This document shows, one piece after another, positions 8,985 through 18,319 of a stretch of DNA of 64,000 bases. Source of the stretch: an uncultured Desulfobacteraceae bacterium (GTDB taxonomy: Bacteria; Desulfobacterota; Syntrophobacteria; BM002). Numbering within the stretch: the first letter of the stretch is position 1; each line of letters opens with the position of its first letter. The stretch is from NCBI GenBank assembly GCA_964346905.1, contig CAYFXH010000001.1:1280-65279 (forward strand), in the 5' to 3' direction. The notes under the pieces are model-generated. The model did not search any database, was not told the DNA's origin, and worked only from the letters and a program-made list of their open reading frames with translations. A program made the position numbers and the translations under genes.

Positions 8985-9172
8985 ATCCTGCAGGAGCAAC
9001 GTCCTCGTTGCGATCCCACAATCCACAAACTACACAATCGTTTATCGCCAGCAGCCTCCGGCCCGGCTTTCAGGCCGGAGGGAGGGGCCTTATCGCAAGC
9101 AGAGCTTGCTCTACAGGAGTTCTCATCACATGCATTGAGCAACGCTTTATGGCGGGCACAGAGGCCCGCCCT
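8985..9172. repeat. Hairpin-rich intercistronic element, copy 1 (nuoG-nuoH spacer)
   Basis: Shares blocks cctgCaggagcaAcgtCctcgttgcgatcc and tttaTggcgggcacagaggcccgccct with copy 2 at 11768-11912; internal hairpins ctccggcc...ggccggag, gcaagc-agag-cttgc, ggcgggc...gcccgcc. Confidence 0.6.
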
Positions 9173-9214
9173 ACCGGTCTCTCATTGAAGTATGGGTAAT
9201 TCATCTTGACCATT

Positions 9215-11725
9215 TTAAGCACGTATCTTCTCTATCTCCTCAAACCTTACGAACTTCGGCGACCTCTCGATCTTCTGCCACTCCAGGAGGTGATGCCGCG
9301 GCAAAACCATCACCCCGGGAGCCATATTTTCCACAGCACAGAGATTGACTTCCAGACTACCTCTATCCAGTTCGATCGAGACCGTATCTCCATGGGTCAG
9401 ACCCAATCCGGTGGCATCATCGATGTGCATGAAGAGACAGGGGCTCTTTTCCAACCGACCGAGGGGTGGTGAGTGAGCGGAGAGTTCTTCGGTGCCAAAG
9501 GTCCAGTCAGTCAGAAGGAGTTCCAGGCCATCACCAGGAGCATGGCTTTTTTTCATCTCCTTCAGCCAGTCCAGCGAGAAGCGGTGAATATCTTCCTTAC
9601 TTACCCGGAGCCGGACCCCGTCATCCGGGAGTTCATCGATTGGCGGGATATCTGCGAATGCGGGATTGGCCTCAGCTAGCCAACCCCACACGCTCGCACG
9701 CGTTGTTTCCTCACCAACCTCCAGCTCTCCATTGGCAAGCTGTGCGAGAACTTCCCAGGCAGCCCGCAACTCCCCACCTGGAATGACACTGCTGTAAACC
9801 CGCGGCGGATGGTTGCCGCCACTAATGCGAGCGAGAGGGATTCCACCCGGATATACCTTCACTGCTGCCTGAACCCTGCCTTCCTGGTTTATGAAAACCC
9901 CACCTGTCTCATAGAGAGTTGATACAGGTAGAAAGACATGCGCCTGGTGCGCAGTTAGAGAATCTCGATAATCCAAAACAACAAGCAAATCGAGCTTTTC
10001 AATAGCAAGGTCCAACCTTTGCCGATCCTGAAAATGGCCAAAAGGATCGCTTTCGGCCACGATCAACCCCTTAACCGTTCCTTGCTCGATATCCTCGAGT
10101 GTCTTCGAGAAGGAACTCGCTTCAGCTGAAAGCACTGACGAGCCGAAACCGTTTGCTCCGGGCATCAGGTAAAAAAGTCCTGCTGGCTTGTTCATTGCCC
10201 GCAAAAGTAAGGCGTGGTCAGCTGCCAAAGCTGGAGTGGTCTGGCGTACGACCTCAGTGCCGCATACAATTATTGGTCGCTGACTCTCTCGAAGTTCTTG
10301 TGCTAATATTGATACCTGCTCCCGAAGCGGAGGAGCAGCACGTTTCAGGGCCGGCATCGCCTCGTAAAAATCGACTGCGGCCGGTCCAAGTTCTTTCGCC
10401 GCTTCACGGTGGACAGCCTGTTTTATCAGTAAACTGCAGTAGAGGTTGACCTCAGCCAATCCCACTGGCATGTGTTCGAAATCAAAGGGCAAGGAGATCG
10501 GTCGAGGGTCGATGACAGCTATCGTGCCGCCGGCTCGTCGGGCCTGTCTCATTGCCAAGGCCAGCATGGGCGCCTCGTTGATGGGATCGGCTCCCACCAC
10601 AAGGATGAAATCAGCTCCTTCCAACTCCCGCAGAGAAACCGTTAAGTCCGGTTCCAGCCTTGAGGTTGCTATTTCCGCCTTTATCGCCAGGGATTGATCC
10701 ATAAAGTATGACGGACCGTTCCATCCTTTTGATTGACATAGCTGCTCGAGCATTGCCTGAGTTTCGAGAGTGCTGCGTCCTGAGCCCACGCAACCGATAG
10801 CCTCAGCTCCTTCCCTCTTGCTAATCTGTTCCAGCCTTTCATGGACGGTTCTGATAGCCTGGTGGTAAGTAACCTCCTCGCCTTCAACCAGTGACCGCCA
10901 TGGTCTCTTCTCGTCGCTTGCATAGGCGAAGCCGTAGCGGCCCCGATCACATATAAAGTAGCCGTTTACCGCCTCACTGTATCGTGCTTCCTGCCGCACT
11001 ACCTCCCGGTAACGAATACTTGCTATGGTATGACATCCTAAAGAGCAGTTGATACAGAGAGAAGGGCTACGCTCATAGTCCCACCGCCTACCGAAAAACC
11101 GAGATGGTTTATCGGTGTAAACACCAGTGGGGCAGATATCGGCCAGATTGCCGGCAAAGGGGCTTTTTAGGGTGCCATCTTTGTACCGGCCAAAATAGGT
11201 GCGGTCGCCTATCTGCATCACGCCCAGGTCGTCATACCCCGCAAATTCTTGATAGAACCGCGAACACCGGTAGCAGTGAATGCAGCGATTCATTTCATGC
11301 TGGAGCAACGGACCCAGGTACTGATCTTGGTAAGTCCGTTTCTTCCCCAGATATCTTCGGATACCGTGCCCCCCCGAAATCGTCATATCCTGCAATAGGC
11401 AGTGCCCCCCTTCATCGCAGACAGGACAATCATGCGGATGATGCAGCATGAGCCATTCGATTACGTATTTACGAAATTCCACCGATTCTTCGTCGGTGGT
11501 TGATACCACCATGCCGTTCTTAGCATCGATCATGCAGCTCATCTGCACGCCTTTAAACGGCCCTTCCACGAACTTCACGGCACAAACCCGGCAGGCCCCC
11601 ACAGACCCCAGTCCGGGATGATAGCAAAAGCGAGGAATCATAATGTCCAGCTGTTCCGCGGCCTCGATCACCTTTGTCCCTTCGGGGACCTCTATTTCTC
11701 GATCATCGATAATTATCTTAACCAT
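9215..11725 (-). CDS. nuoG: NADH-quinone oxidoreductase subunit G (75 kDa, 2Fe-2S/4Fe-4S, molybdopterin-like domain)
   Basis: 836 aa; N-terminus MVKIIIDDREIEVPEGTKVIEAAEQLDIMIPRFCYHPGLGSVGACRVCAV, CPVCDEGGHC and CIHCYRCSRF cluster motifs. Confidence 0.9.
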   Translation of the reverse strand: MVKIIIDDREIEVPEGTKVIEAAEQLDIMIPRFCYHPGLGSVGACRVCAVKFVEGPFKGVQMSCMIDAKNGMVVSTTDEESVEFRKYVIEWLMLHHPHDCPVCDEGGHCLLQDMTISGGHGIRRYLGKKRTYQDQYLGPLLQHEMNRCIHCYRCSRFYQEFAGYDDLGVMQIGDRTYFGRYKDGTLKSPFAGNLADICPTGVYTDKPSRFFGRRWDYERSPSLCINCSLGCHTIASIRYREVVRQEARYSEAVNGYFICDRGRYGFAYASDEKRPWRSLVEGEEVTYHQAIRTVHERLEQISKREGAEAIGCVGSGRSTLETQAMLEQLCQSKGWNGPSYFMDQSLAIKAEIATSRLEPDLTVSLRELEGADFILVVGADPINEAPMLALAMRQARRAGGTIAVIDPRPISLPFDFEHMPVGLAEVNLYCSLLIKQAVHREAAKELGPAAVDFYEAMPALKRAAPPLREQVSILAQELRESQRPIIVCGTEVVRQTTPALAADHALLLRAMNKPAGLFYLMPGANGFGSSVLSAEASSFSKTLEDIEQGTVKGLIVAESDPFGHFQDRQRLDLAIEKLDLLVVLDYRDSLTAHQAHVFLPVSTLYETGGVFINQEGRVQAAVKVYPGGIPLARISGGNHPPRVYSSVIPGGELRAAWEVLAQLANGELEVGEETTRASVWGWLAEANPAFADIPPIDELPDDGVRLRVSKEDIHRFSLDWLKEMKKSHAPGDGLELLLTDWTFGTEELSAHSPPLGRLEKSPCLFMHIDDATGLGLTHGDTVSIELDRGSLEVNLCAVENMAPGVMVLPRHHLLEWQKIERSPKFVRFEEIEKIRA

Positions 11726-11767
11726 TGGTCAATAAAAGGGGTCAGGCAGTTCGAGTTAATGCTCGTT

Positions 11768-11912
11768 GTCCTGTAGGAGCACCGTGCTCGTTGCGATCCA
11801 TTCGCATGTGTACCAATTCATCTATCAAATCGCGACCTGGAGGTCGCTCCTACAGACAATTTACCAATGATGGCTTTTAGGCGGGCACAGGAGGCTCCGC
11901 CCTATTGAGATT
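11768..11912. repeat. Hairpin-rich intercistronic element, copy 2 (nuoF-nuoG spacer)
   Basis: Blocks cctgTaggagcaCcgtGctcgttgcgatcc and tttaggcgggcacaggaggctccgccct; long-range complementarity ctgtaggagc ... gctcctacag. Confidence 0.6.
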
Positions 11913-11976
11913 ATCTACCTTTAGACGCATTAGGCACTTCAGCTCACTTTAGGCATGTCTAGCCTGACAGCTGACA

Positions 11977-13254
11977 TCACTTCCTAAAAGGACATCTCTT
12001 TTGACTAATGTGCTCCCTGACCTCATCTTCAAAGTAGGTAATGAGGCTCTCAACCGGTGATACGGCACCGGGGGCGAATGCACAGTAAGAACTCCAGAGA
12101 TGCTTGCTCATCTGCTGAAGCATTGGTATGAACTCCTCCCTGCCCTCACCTTCTTCCAAACGTCGGAGCAGATCCCGGATGTACGGCAGACCTTCCCGGC
12201 ACGGCGTACACCAACCGCAGGACTCTCGGGCAAAAAACTCGGTTAAGTTCAGGGTGGCGGCAACAAGACACGTCTTCTGGTCGAAGACCATGATTGCACC
12301 GGTACCGAGTCTATGTCCAACTGCGCGCATGGGATCAAAGTCCATTTCAATGTCGTAGAACTCCTTGGGCAGATAGCGGGTGGAAGCGCCGCCCGGCAGA
12401 CAGGCCTTATATTCGGAACCTTCTGGCATCCCGCCAGCATGGACTTCAATGATTTCACTCAGCTGCACTCCCATGGGTAGTTCTACGCAGCCCGGCTTAT
12501 TGACCCTGCCACTGATACAGAAAATCTTGGTACCCGCACCGGTTTCATTTATTGCCAGGCTTTTGTACCACTCAGAGCCGTTTCTGATGATATGCGGTAT
12601 GTTTGCGAGAGTTTCCACGTTCTGAAGTACGGTGGGCTTGTCCCAAAGCCCCTTTTCCGTAGGATAGGGAGGTGGTTGCTGCGGGTTCGGCCTCTTGCCC
12701 ATCAGGGCATTTAATTGAGCCGTGACCTCGCCGCAGATGTATCTACCTCCACTGCGGTGGACAACAATGTCCAGGCTATAGTCGTTTCCCAGGATGTTTT
12801 TTCCCAAAAAGCCTGCCTCTTTGGCAATCTTGATCTCCCTTTCGAGAATTCTTGCCGCGCTCTCGTATTCAGGTCGAATGAAAATAATGCCCTTCTCCGC
12901 CTTTGCCCCGTATCCATCGATGATCATGCCCTCAATAATCATGTGGGGGTCCGTATGGATCAAGACCCGATCTTTGAATGTTCCTGGCTCCATCTCATCG
13001 GCATTACACACGACGTATCTCGGATACGGCGCATCATCCGCTACCGTCATCAACTTCCTTCCGGCTGGAAAGGCGGCGCCACCCCTACCCAGCAGAATGG
13101 CATCCAAGAGTACCTGCTGCACGTCCTTGTAGGAGTAGTTGCGCATTACCTCAGTCAATGCCTGGTAACCGCCGCTCTGCTGATATTCCTCAAGCGTGGC
13201 AATTCGGTCCGGCTTGCGATTTTGAAAGAGAACTTGCGGATAGCTCGGGGCCAT
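11977..13254 (-). CDS. nuoF: NADH-quinone oxidoreductase subunit F (51 kDa, FMN/NADH-binding)
   Basis: 425 aa; GRGGAAFPAGRK (FMN site), ESCGWCTPCREG 4Fe-4S motif. Confidence 0.9.
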   Translation of the reverse strand: MAPSYPQVLFQNRKPDRIATLEEYQQSGGYQALTEVMRNYSYKDVQQVLLDAILLGRGGAAFPAGRKLMTVADDAPYPRYVVCNADEMEPGTFKDRVLIHTDPHMIIEGMIIDGYGAKAEKGIIFIRPEYESAARILEREIKIAKEAGFLGKNILGNDYSLDIVVHRSGGRYICGEVTAQLNALMGKRPNPQQPPPYPTEKGLWDKPTVLQNVETLANIPHIIRNGSEWYKSLAINETGAGTKIFCISGRVNKPGCVELPMGVQLSEIIEVHAGGMPEGSEYKACLPGGASTRYLPKEFYDIEMDFDPMRAVGHRLGTGAIMVFDQKTCLVAATLNLTEFFARESCGWCTPCREGLPYIRDLLRRLEEGEGREEFIPMLQQMSKHLWSSYCAFAPGAVSPVESLITYFEDEVREHISQKRCPFRK

Positions 13255-13296
13255 CTGTCCTCGCCTCTCGGTTCAGGGACGCATCACTATTCTAAG

Positions 13297-13378
13297 AGGT
13301 GCGATGTGGGATATGGGATGTGTACTGCCAGAAGACGGGCTTCGAAGAATCTCTATCTCACATCTCACATCCTCGCTC
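13297..13378. repeat. Hairpin element built from GATGTGR heptamers (gcgatgtgggatatgggatgtg ... atctcacatctcacatcctcgc)
   Basis: Inverted arms seen directly in the nuoE-nuoF spacer; same word family as 18155-18245. Confidence 0.6.
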
Positions 13379-13421
13379 CAGGACAGCCGCATATTGTGCT
13401 TCTTCATTATGATGTAACCAT

Positions 13422-13970
13422 CTAAGCCTGTGATTTGAGCTTGTCTAAGATCTCATCTAGTTTCTCGGGCGTAAGCGGTCCGTATACTTTCTTGTTGATT
13501 AACATAGCTGGTGCTCTATCGCAGTAGCCAATGCAGCACACCGGCAATAGGGTAAACAGTCCGTCTGCCGTGGTTTCCCCCATCTCTATCCCTAATTTCC
13601 GGCAGAGGTGCTCAATAATTGACTCATGTCCTTCCATCCAGCAGATGACACTGTCACAGATGTGGATAACGTATTTTCCAACCGGCTCTCTGTAGACGAA
13701 GGTGTAGAACGTAGCGAGTTCTTCCACCTCCAGGGGAGACATATTCAGGAGTGCGGCCACCTCCTCAACAGCCTCATCGCTCAGATAGCCGTAGTGGTCT
13801 TGGACAGCGAACATCACATCCACCACCAGCTCCCGGGGATGTTCGACGGTGGCTATGTGTTCTTCGAGGGAATTTTTCAACGGTTCAGGCAACATTGGAT
13901 GTCTAGACCCACATGAGCTCAATGGAGTGCTGGAGTAACAGTACTCCACTACTCCCGTTTTCCTGGCCAC
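13422..13970 (-). CDS. nuoE: NADH-quinone oxidoreductase subunit E (24 kDa, thioredoxin-like 2Fe-2S)
   Basis: 182 aa; CDSVIC...CCIGYCDRAP cysteine pattern; ORF-track start is GTG, true start uncertain. Confidence 0.85.
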   Translation of the reverse strand: MARKTGVVEYCYSSTPLSSCGSRHPMLPEPLKNSLEEHIATVEHPRELVVDVMFAVQDHYGYLSDEAVEEVAALLNMSPLEVEELATFYTFVYREPVGKYVIHICDSVICWMEGHESIIEHLCRKLGIEMGETTADGLFTLLPVCCIGYCDRAPAMLINKKVYGPLTPEKLDEILDKLKSQA

Positions 13971-14014
13971 CCCAGATTACCTAGATGCAACTGACCACGG
14001 ACAACGGACATTAT

Positions 14015-16405
14015 TTATCTATCTATATCCGGCAGAATATAGTCGATGGAACCTACGATGGCGATGAGGTCTGCAATGGTCTCATTCACAGCCATCAAGG
14101 GCATCACCTGCACATTGGCAAATCCGGGTGCACGTATCCTCGTGCGATAGGAGTAGCCGACTCCGTCACTCACCACGTAATAGCCCTGTTCCCCCCGGGG
14201 GATCTCACAGGAACTGTAAGCTTCACCTTTGGGGATTTTGGGTCCACGGGTTACGTTGATAAAATGATGAATTAGGCTCTCTATGTCTTTGAGCATGTCC
14301 CCGCGCTCAGGGATCACATAGCGGTAATCGTCCGTGACGTACCGACCAGCAGGCATCTGCTCTGCGGCCTGTTCAATAATCCTCAAACTCTGGCGCATTT
14401 CTTCCACCCGCAACAGATAACGGGCATAACAATCTCCTTCCGTGGCGGTGGGCACTTCAAACTCAAAGTTCTCGTAACCAGAATATGGAAAATTCTTTCG
14501 CAGATCCCACTCCAGACCGCAGGCACGCAAGTTTGGACCACTCACGCCCCAGTCAATGGAATCTTCCAAGGAGATGCGGCCGATGCCCTGGGTTCGGGCC
14601 TTAAAGATGGCGTTCTTGGTTATGAGTGTTTCGTACTCTTTGAGCCGCTCAGGGAATATTTTGACAAAGTAATCCACCGCTTCTTTCCAACCCTCCGGCA
14701 AGTCAGCGGCAACACCTCCCAACCGGAACCAGGACGGATGCAATCGTCCTCCGGTTATGAGTTCAATAATGTCGAGAATTATCTCCCGTTCGCGGAAGGT
14801 ATAGAAATTGGGGGTCATGGCTCCCACATCGTGGGCCATGGTGGCAAAAAAGACGAGGTGGTTGCTGAGCCGGAAAAACTCGCTGAGCATCACCCGAATA
14901 ACCTGAGCCCGATCAGGAACATTGATATCGGCAAGTGCTTCCACCGCCATTACGTATGGGAGATTATTGGCAGCCCCAGCCAGGTAATCCACTCGATCCG
15001 TGTATGGAATATATTGGTGCCAGGTTTGGCGTTCGCCGATTTTTTCCGCCGCCCGATGGTGGTAGCCGATGTCCATGTCAAGTTCGGTGATCTCTTCACC
15101 TTCAAGTGAGACAATAAAGCGCATCAGGCCGTGGGTACTGACGTGGTGAGGACCGATGTTTAATACCAGCTGGTGCTCCTTTCCATCTCTCCTAATATAG
15201 ATACCACCATCCAGGGGTTGGTGCTGCTGGGCATCGGCCAGGGTATAAGGCTCCATTTCCGTTGCACGGCCAGGATAGCTCTTTCTCAGGGGATGGCCCT
15301 CCCAGTCGTGCGGCATAAGAATGCGACCGAGATTCGGATGACCCTCAAACCGGATCCCAAACATGTCGTAGACTTCCCGTTCATACCAGCTTGCAGACGG
15401 CCAGATATCGGTGACACTTTTGGTAACCGGTTCCTCACCGTTTAGGGCAACCTTTACACGCAACCGGCAGGCGGGCTCGAATGAGAGCAGGTGATAGACC
15501 AGGGTGTAGTCCGAATAACCAGCTCGCTCCCTCCGGGCGGATTCATCAATTGCGGTGAGATCGTCCAAGCGTCGGTACCTGGGAGTCGCTTCTCCTTTGA
15601 GAAAACGCAGAACATCCTTAAACCGTTCGTGCGGTACCTGGAATGTGGGCATGTCCGAGGTCTGTGGCGTCTGCTGGATATCGTCCCCAAACCGCTCTTG
15701 CAAAACATTTGCGAGGCTCGTATCATCCTCACTCAATTCTATTCGCCGCGGCCGGGGTGTCCACATGAGATCGGAGCGGCTGTCCCAAAATTTCGGTGGA
15801 GCCACTGAAGTCCCTCTGATGGCAACACCTTGCATGCCCGGGCCACGCGGGTCTCGAGACTTTGTCTGGCCATCGACGAGAATGGGCGTCTGAGTGCCCT
15901 GGGTACCCCCTGGGAGGTGGAAAATGGCACGAGTCGGTCGTTCTTCCGAGACTATTTTTTCTTGCAAAAGCACAAGCCCTTGGAGTACAGCCTCAGGTCT
16001 GGGTGGGCAGCCAGGAATATAGACATCCACCGGCAATATCTGATCCACCCCCTGCACTACGCTATAGGCGTCATACATGCCACCACAGTTGGAGCACGAT
16101 CCCATAGAGATGACCCACTTGGGTTCCGCCATCTGCTCGTAAAGCCGCAAAACAACAGGGGCAATCTTCTTGAAAACAGTACCGGATATTATTAAGAGAT
16201 CCGCCTGCCGGGGTGAAGGCCGGAGCACCTCCGCCCCGAAGCGGGCCATGTCGTACCGGGCGGTAAAAGCGGTAGCCTCCTCCACGAAGCAGCAGGAAAG
16301 CCCAAAAAACATGGGCCAGAGACTGTACTTACGGGCCCAGTTTATCAGGAAATCGGCCCCCTGCAGCAACCGGTTGTTCAATGCTTTTTCGACGTTGGCC
16401 CCCAC
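14015..16405 (-). CDS. nuoBCD: Fused NADH-quinone oxidoreductase subunits B, C and D in one ORF
   Basis: 796 aa single ORF. Residues ~1-170 are NuoB ([14 protein letters not shown]...GCPPRPE), then a ~100-aa linker, then NuoC ([19 protein letters not shown]), then NuoD ([10 protein letters not shown]...[10 protein letters not shown]). Confidence 0.85.
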   Translation of the reverse strand: MGANVEKALNNRLLQGADFLINWARKYSLWPMFFGLSCCFVEEATAFTARYDMARFGAEVLRPSPRQADLLIISGTVFKKIAPVVLRLYEQMAEPKWVISMGSCSNCGGMYDAYSVVQGVDQILPVDVYIPGCPPRPEAVLQGLVLLQEKIVSEERPTRAIFHLPGGTQGTQTPILVDGQTKSRDPRGPGMQGVAIRGTSVAPPKFWDSRSDLMWTPRPRRIELSEDDTSLANVLQERFGDDIQQTPQTSDMPTFQVPHERFKDVLRFLKGEATPRYRRLDDLTAIDESARRERAGYSDYTLVYHLLSFEPACRLRVKVALNGEEPVTKSVTDIWPSASWYEREVYDMFGIRFEGHPNLGRILMPHDWEGHPLRKSYPGRATEMEPYTLADAQQHQPLDGGIYIRRDGKEHQLVLNIGPHHVSTHGLMRFIVSLEGEEITELDMDIGYHHRAAEKIGERQTWHQYIPYTDRVDYLAGAANNLPYVMAVEALADINVPDRAQVIRVMLSEFFRLSNHLVFFATMAHDVGAMTPNFYTFREREIILDIIELITGGRLHPSWFRLGGVAADLPEGWKEAVDYFVKIFPERLKEYETLITKNAIFKARTQGIGRISLEDSIDWGVSGPNLRACGLEWDLRKNFPYSGYENFEFEVPTATEGDCYARYLLRVEEMRQSLRIIEQAAEQMPAGRYVTDDYRYVIPERGDMLKDIESLIHHFINVTRGPKIPKGEAYSSCEIPRGEQGYYVVSDGVGYSYRTRIRAPGFANVQVMPLMAVNETIADLIAIVGSIDYILPDIDR

Positions 16406-16788
16406 TCAAGTCCCCCCTTCTTCCAGATATACAGAAGACCAAGGAGCAGAACGATAATGAAGAACGATATTTGCAACCAGCCCGCCCAGCCGAGGCTATC
16501 GTAAGAAATGGCCCAGGAGAAAATGTAGGCCGCCTCCACATCAAAAATGAGAAAGAAGATGGCAACAAGGTAAAAAGGAACGGGGTAACGAAGACGAGCC
16601 GAGCCGGTAGGAATTACCCCGCTTTCATAAGGCCTGAGTTTCTCAGGATTGCTTTTCTTTTCCCCGAGCCAGGAAGCAAAAAAGAGGAGCACCACCACCA
16701 GACCTAGCACCATAAGACCGTAGATAGCCAAGCTAAAAAGACCCGGCTCCCAGGGCGAGAGTGTACCGACAGTTAGGATTGGTTGCAC
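16378..16788 (-). CDS. nuoA: NADH-quinone oxidoreductase subunit A
   Basis: 136 aa, 3 TM; PYESGV...[12 protein letters not shown] motifs; 28-nt overlap with nuoBCD start. Confidence 0.85.
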   Translation of the reverse strand: MQPILTVGTLSPWEPGLFSLAIYGLMVLGLVVVLLFFASWLGEKKSNPEKLRPYESGVIPTGSARLRYPVPFYLVAIFFLIFDVEAAYIFSWAISYDSLGWAGWLQISFFIIVLLLGLLYIWKKGGLEWGPTSKKH

Positions 16789-17383
16789 GCTTCCTCCGGG
16801 GTGTCACTCCGATAGTCTTTCCTGGTTGAATATGTGAGAACAATTGGTCAGAACTAGTGCTGATGCCTGGCGTATGCTCTATTCGGTTTTGCCAGCACAC
16901 ATGGACCCTAGAGAGTCCTGCCTGCAGAAACCAAAATGAAGTTCATGATAATTGAGAGACCAGGGGAGTGCAAGAATTTTTCTCTGCACAATCAGACAGA
17001 TGCGTGAGTCTCTTCATGTCTCAATTTCAAACCCTATAAGAACCGTTTCTTAGCTCGCAGTCAAGGACTACGTCTTGGAGCGCTATGTGCACGGCTTACA
17101 CCGCACGGCACAGGGTATCCGGCATAGATGTTGGCAGAAGATTGCCGTATGGTTTGAGCCCTGTACCATATGATTTATCCAATAGATATCTGCTTGAAAT
17201 TGTTGTTGATTGTGTTAGAATTATGCCTTATTCACAGACTGTGGTTGCCTAACTTCTGGAGCCCACTGCAGCACTGTGAAACATGCTGAAAACATTTGAA
17301 GGATGGTGAACGGGAAGAAGTTTAGCAACAACCTAAATCTCGATACTCCACAAATTCCTAAATTCATTTTGTAAAGGATACCC

Positions 17384-18154
17384 TTGCAACAGCAGATTCA
17401 GTTTGCAAATAACGTTGGCGAAAAGTTAGCGGGCACCTTCCATGTCCCTTCAGAGGATTCCCACTGTGGCATCATCCTGGGTCACTGTTTCACCTGCTCC
17501 AGACATACCAGAGTCCTGCGCGATATAAGTCACGGCCTCGTAGATGCGGGCTTCAACATACTGCGATTTGACTTTTCTGGAAACGGTCAGAGTGAAGGAA
17601 GTTTCTCTGAGTCCTTGTATTCCAAGCAGATCACCGAAATGAAGACCGCAGCCTCTTTTATGTCTGCTCAAGGAGTCTCATGGGTCGGACTGGCTGGTCA
17701 CAGCATGGGTGGTATGGTTGGCCTCCTAGCCGCATCACAGATGGATACCGTGAGGGCGGTTTGCACCCTTGCTGCGAAAGCATCTCCTCTGGAAATCGAT
17801 CATTTTCTCCATGAGAGTCAGCGTCAGGAATTACGGTCCACGGGCAGAGTCCACTTCATCAGCAGGGGCCGCAATTTAGAGCTTACGGAAGCGTTTTTCG
17901 TAGACGCAGCAAGATATAAACTTTCGGATATTATCTCCTCTTTGCCACAGCCCCTATTGATAGTGCACGGCGATCAGGATGAAATAATCTCTGTAGAGGA
18001 TGCCTATCGACTTCACCAATTCAAACCGGTGAATACCGACCTGGCCATTATTCCAGGTGCGGACCACATGTTCAGCCATGACGAGCATCGCCAAAAGGTT
18101 GTTGAACTGGTAGTGGAGTGGTTTAAGAGTCTGGCCATAAAAGACGGATTTTAG
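17384..18154 (+). CDS. Alpha/beta-fold hydrolase
   Basis: 256 aa; nucleophile elbow GHSMGG, catalytic His near C-terminus (GADHMF); TTG start with AAAGGA RBS. Confidence 0.7.
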   Translation: MQQQIQFANNVGEKLAGTFHVPSEDSHCGIILGHCFTCSRHTRVLRDISHGLVDAGFNILRFDFSGNGQSEGSFSESLYSKQITEMKTAASFMSAQGVSWVGLAGHSMGGMVGLLAASQMDTVRAVCTLAAKASPLEIDHFLHESQRQELRSTGRVHFISRGRNLELTEAFFVDAARYKLSDIISSLPQPLLIVHGDQDEIISVEDAYRLHQFKPVNTDLAIIPGADHMFSHDEHRQKVVELVVEWFKSLAIKDGF

Positions 18155-18268
18155 ATTGCTGATATGCGATGTGAGATGTGAGATGCAGAATATATAATCC
18201 AAGACCCTTCCTGAACACCCACATCGCATATCAGACATCCGACATTTGAATTTGTTTCGAACTTCGGT
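18155..18268. repeat. GATGTGA-heptamer hairpin element (ctgatatgcgatgtgagatgtgagatgcag ... cacccacatcgcatatcagacatccgacat) plus adjacent ttgaatttgtttcg unit
   Basis: Inverted arms with a TATATAAT-containing loop (18189-18196); seen directly. Confidence 0.6.
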
Positions 18269-18319
18269 CTCTTGTGGCCGATACGGAGATCGGCCCTACG
18301 AAAAGAAGGTGGACCAGTT

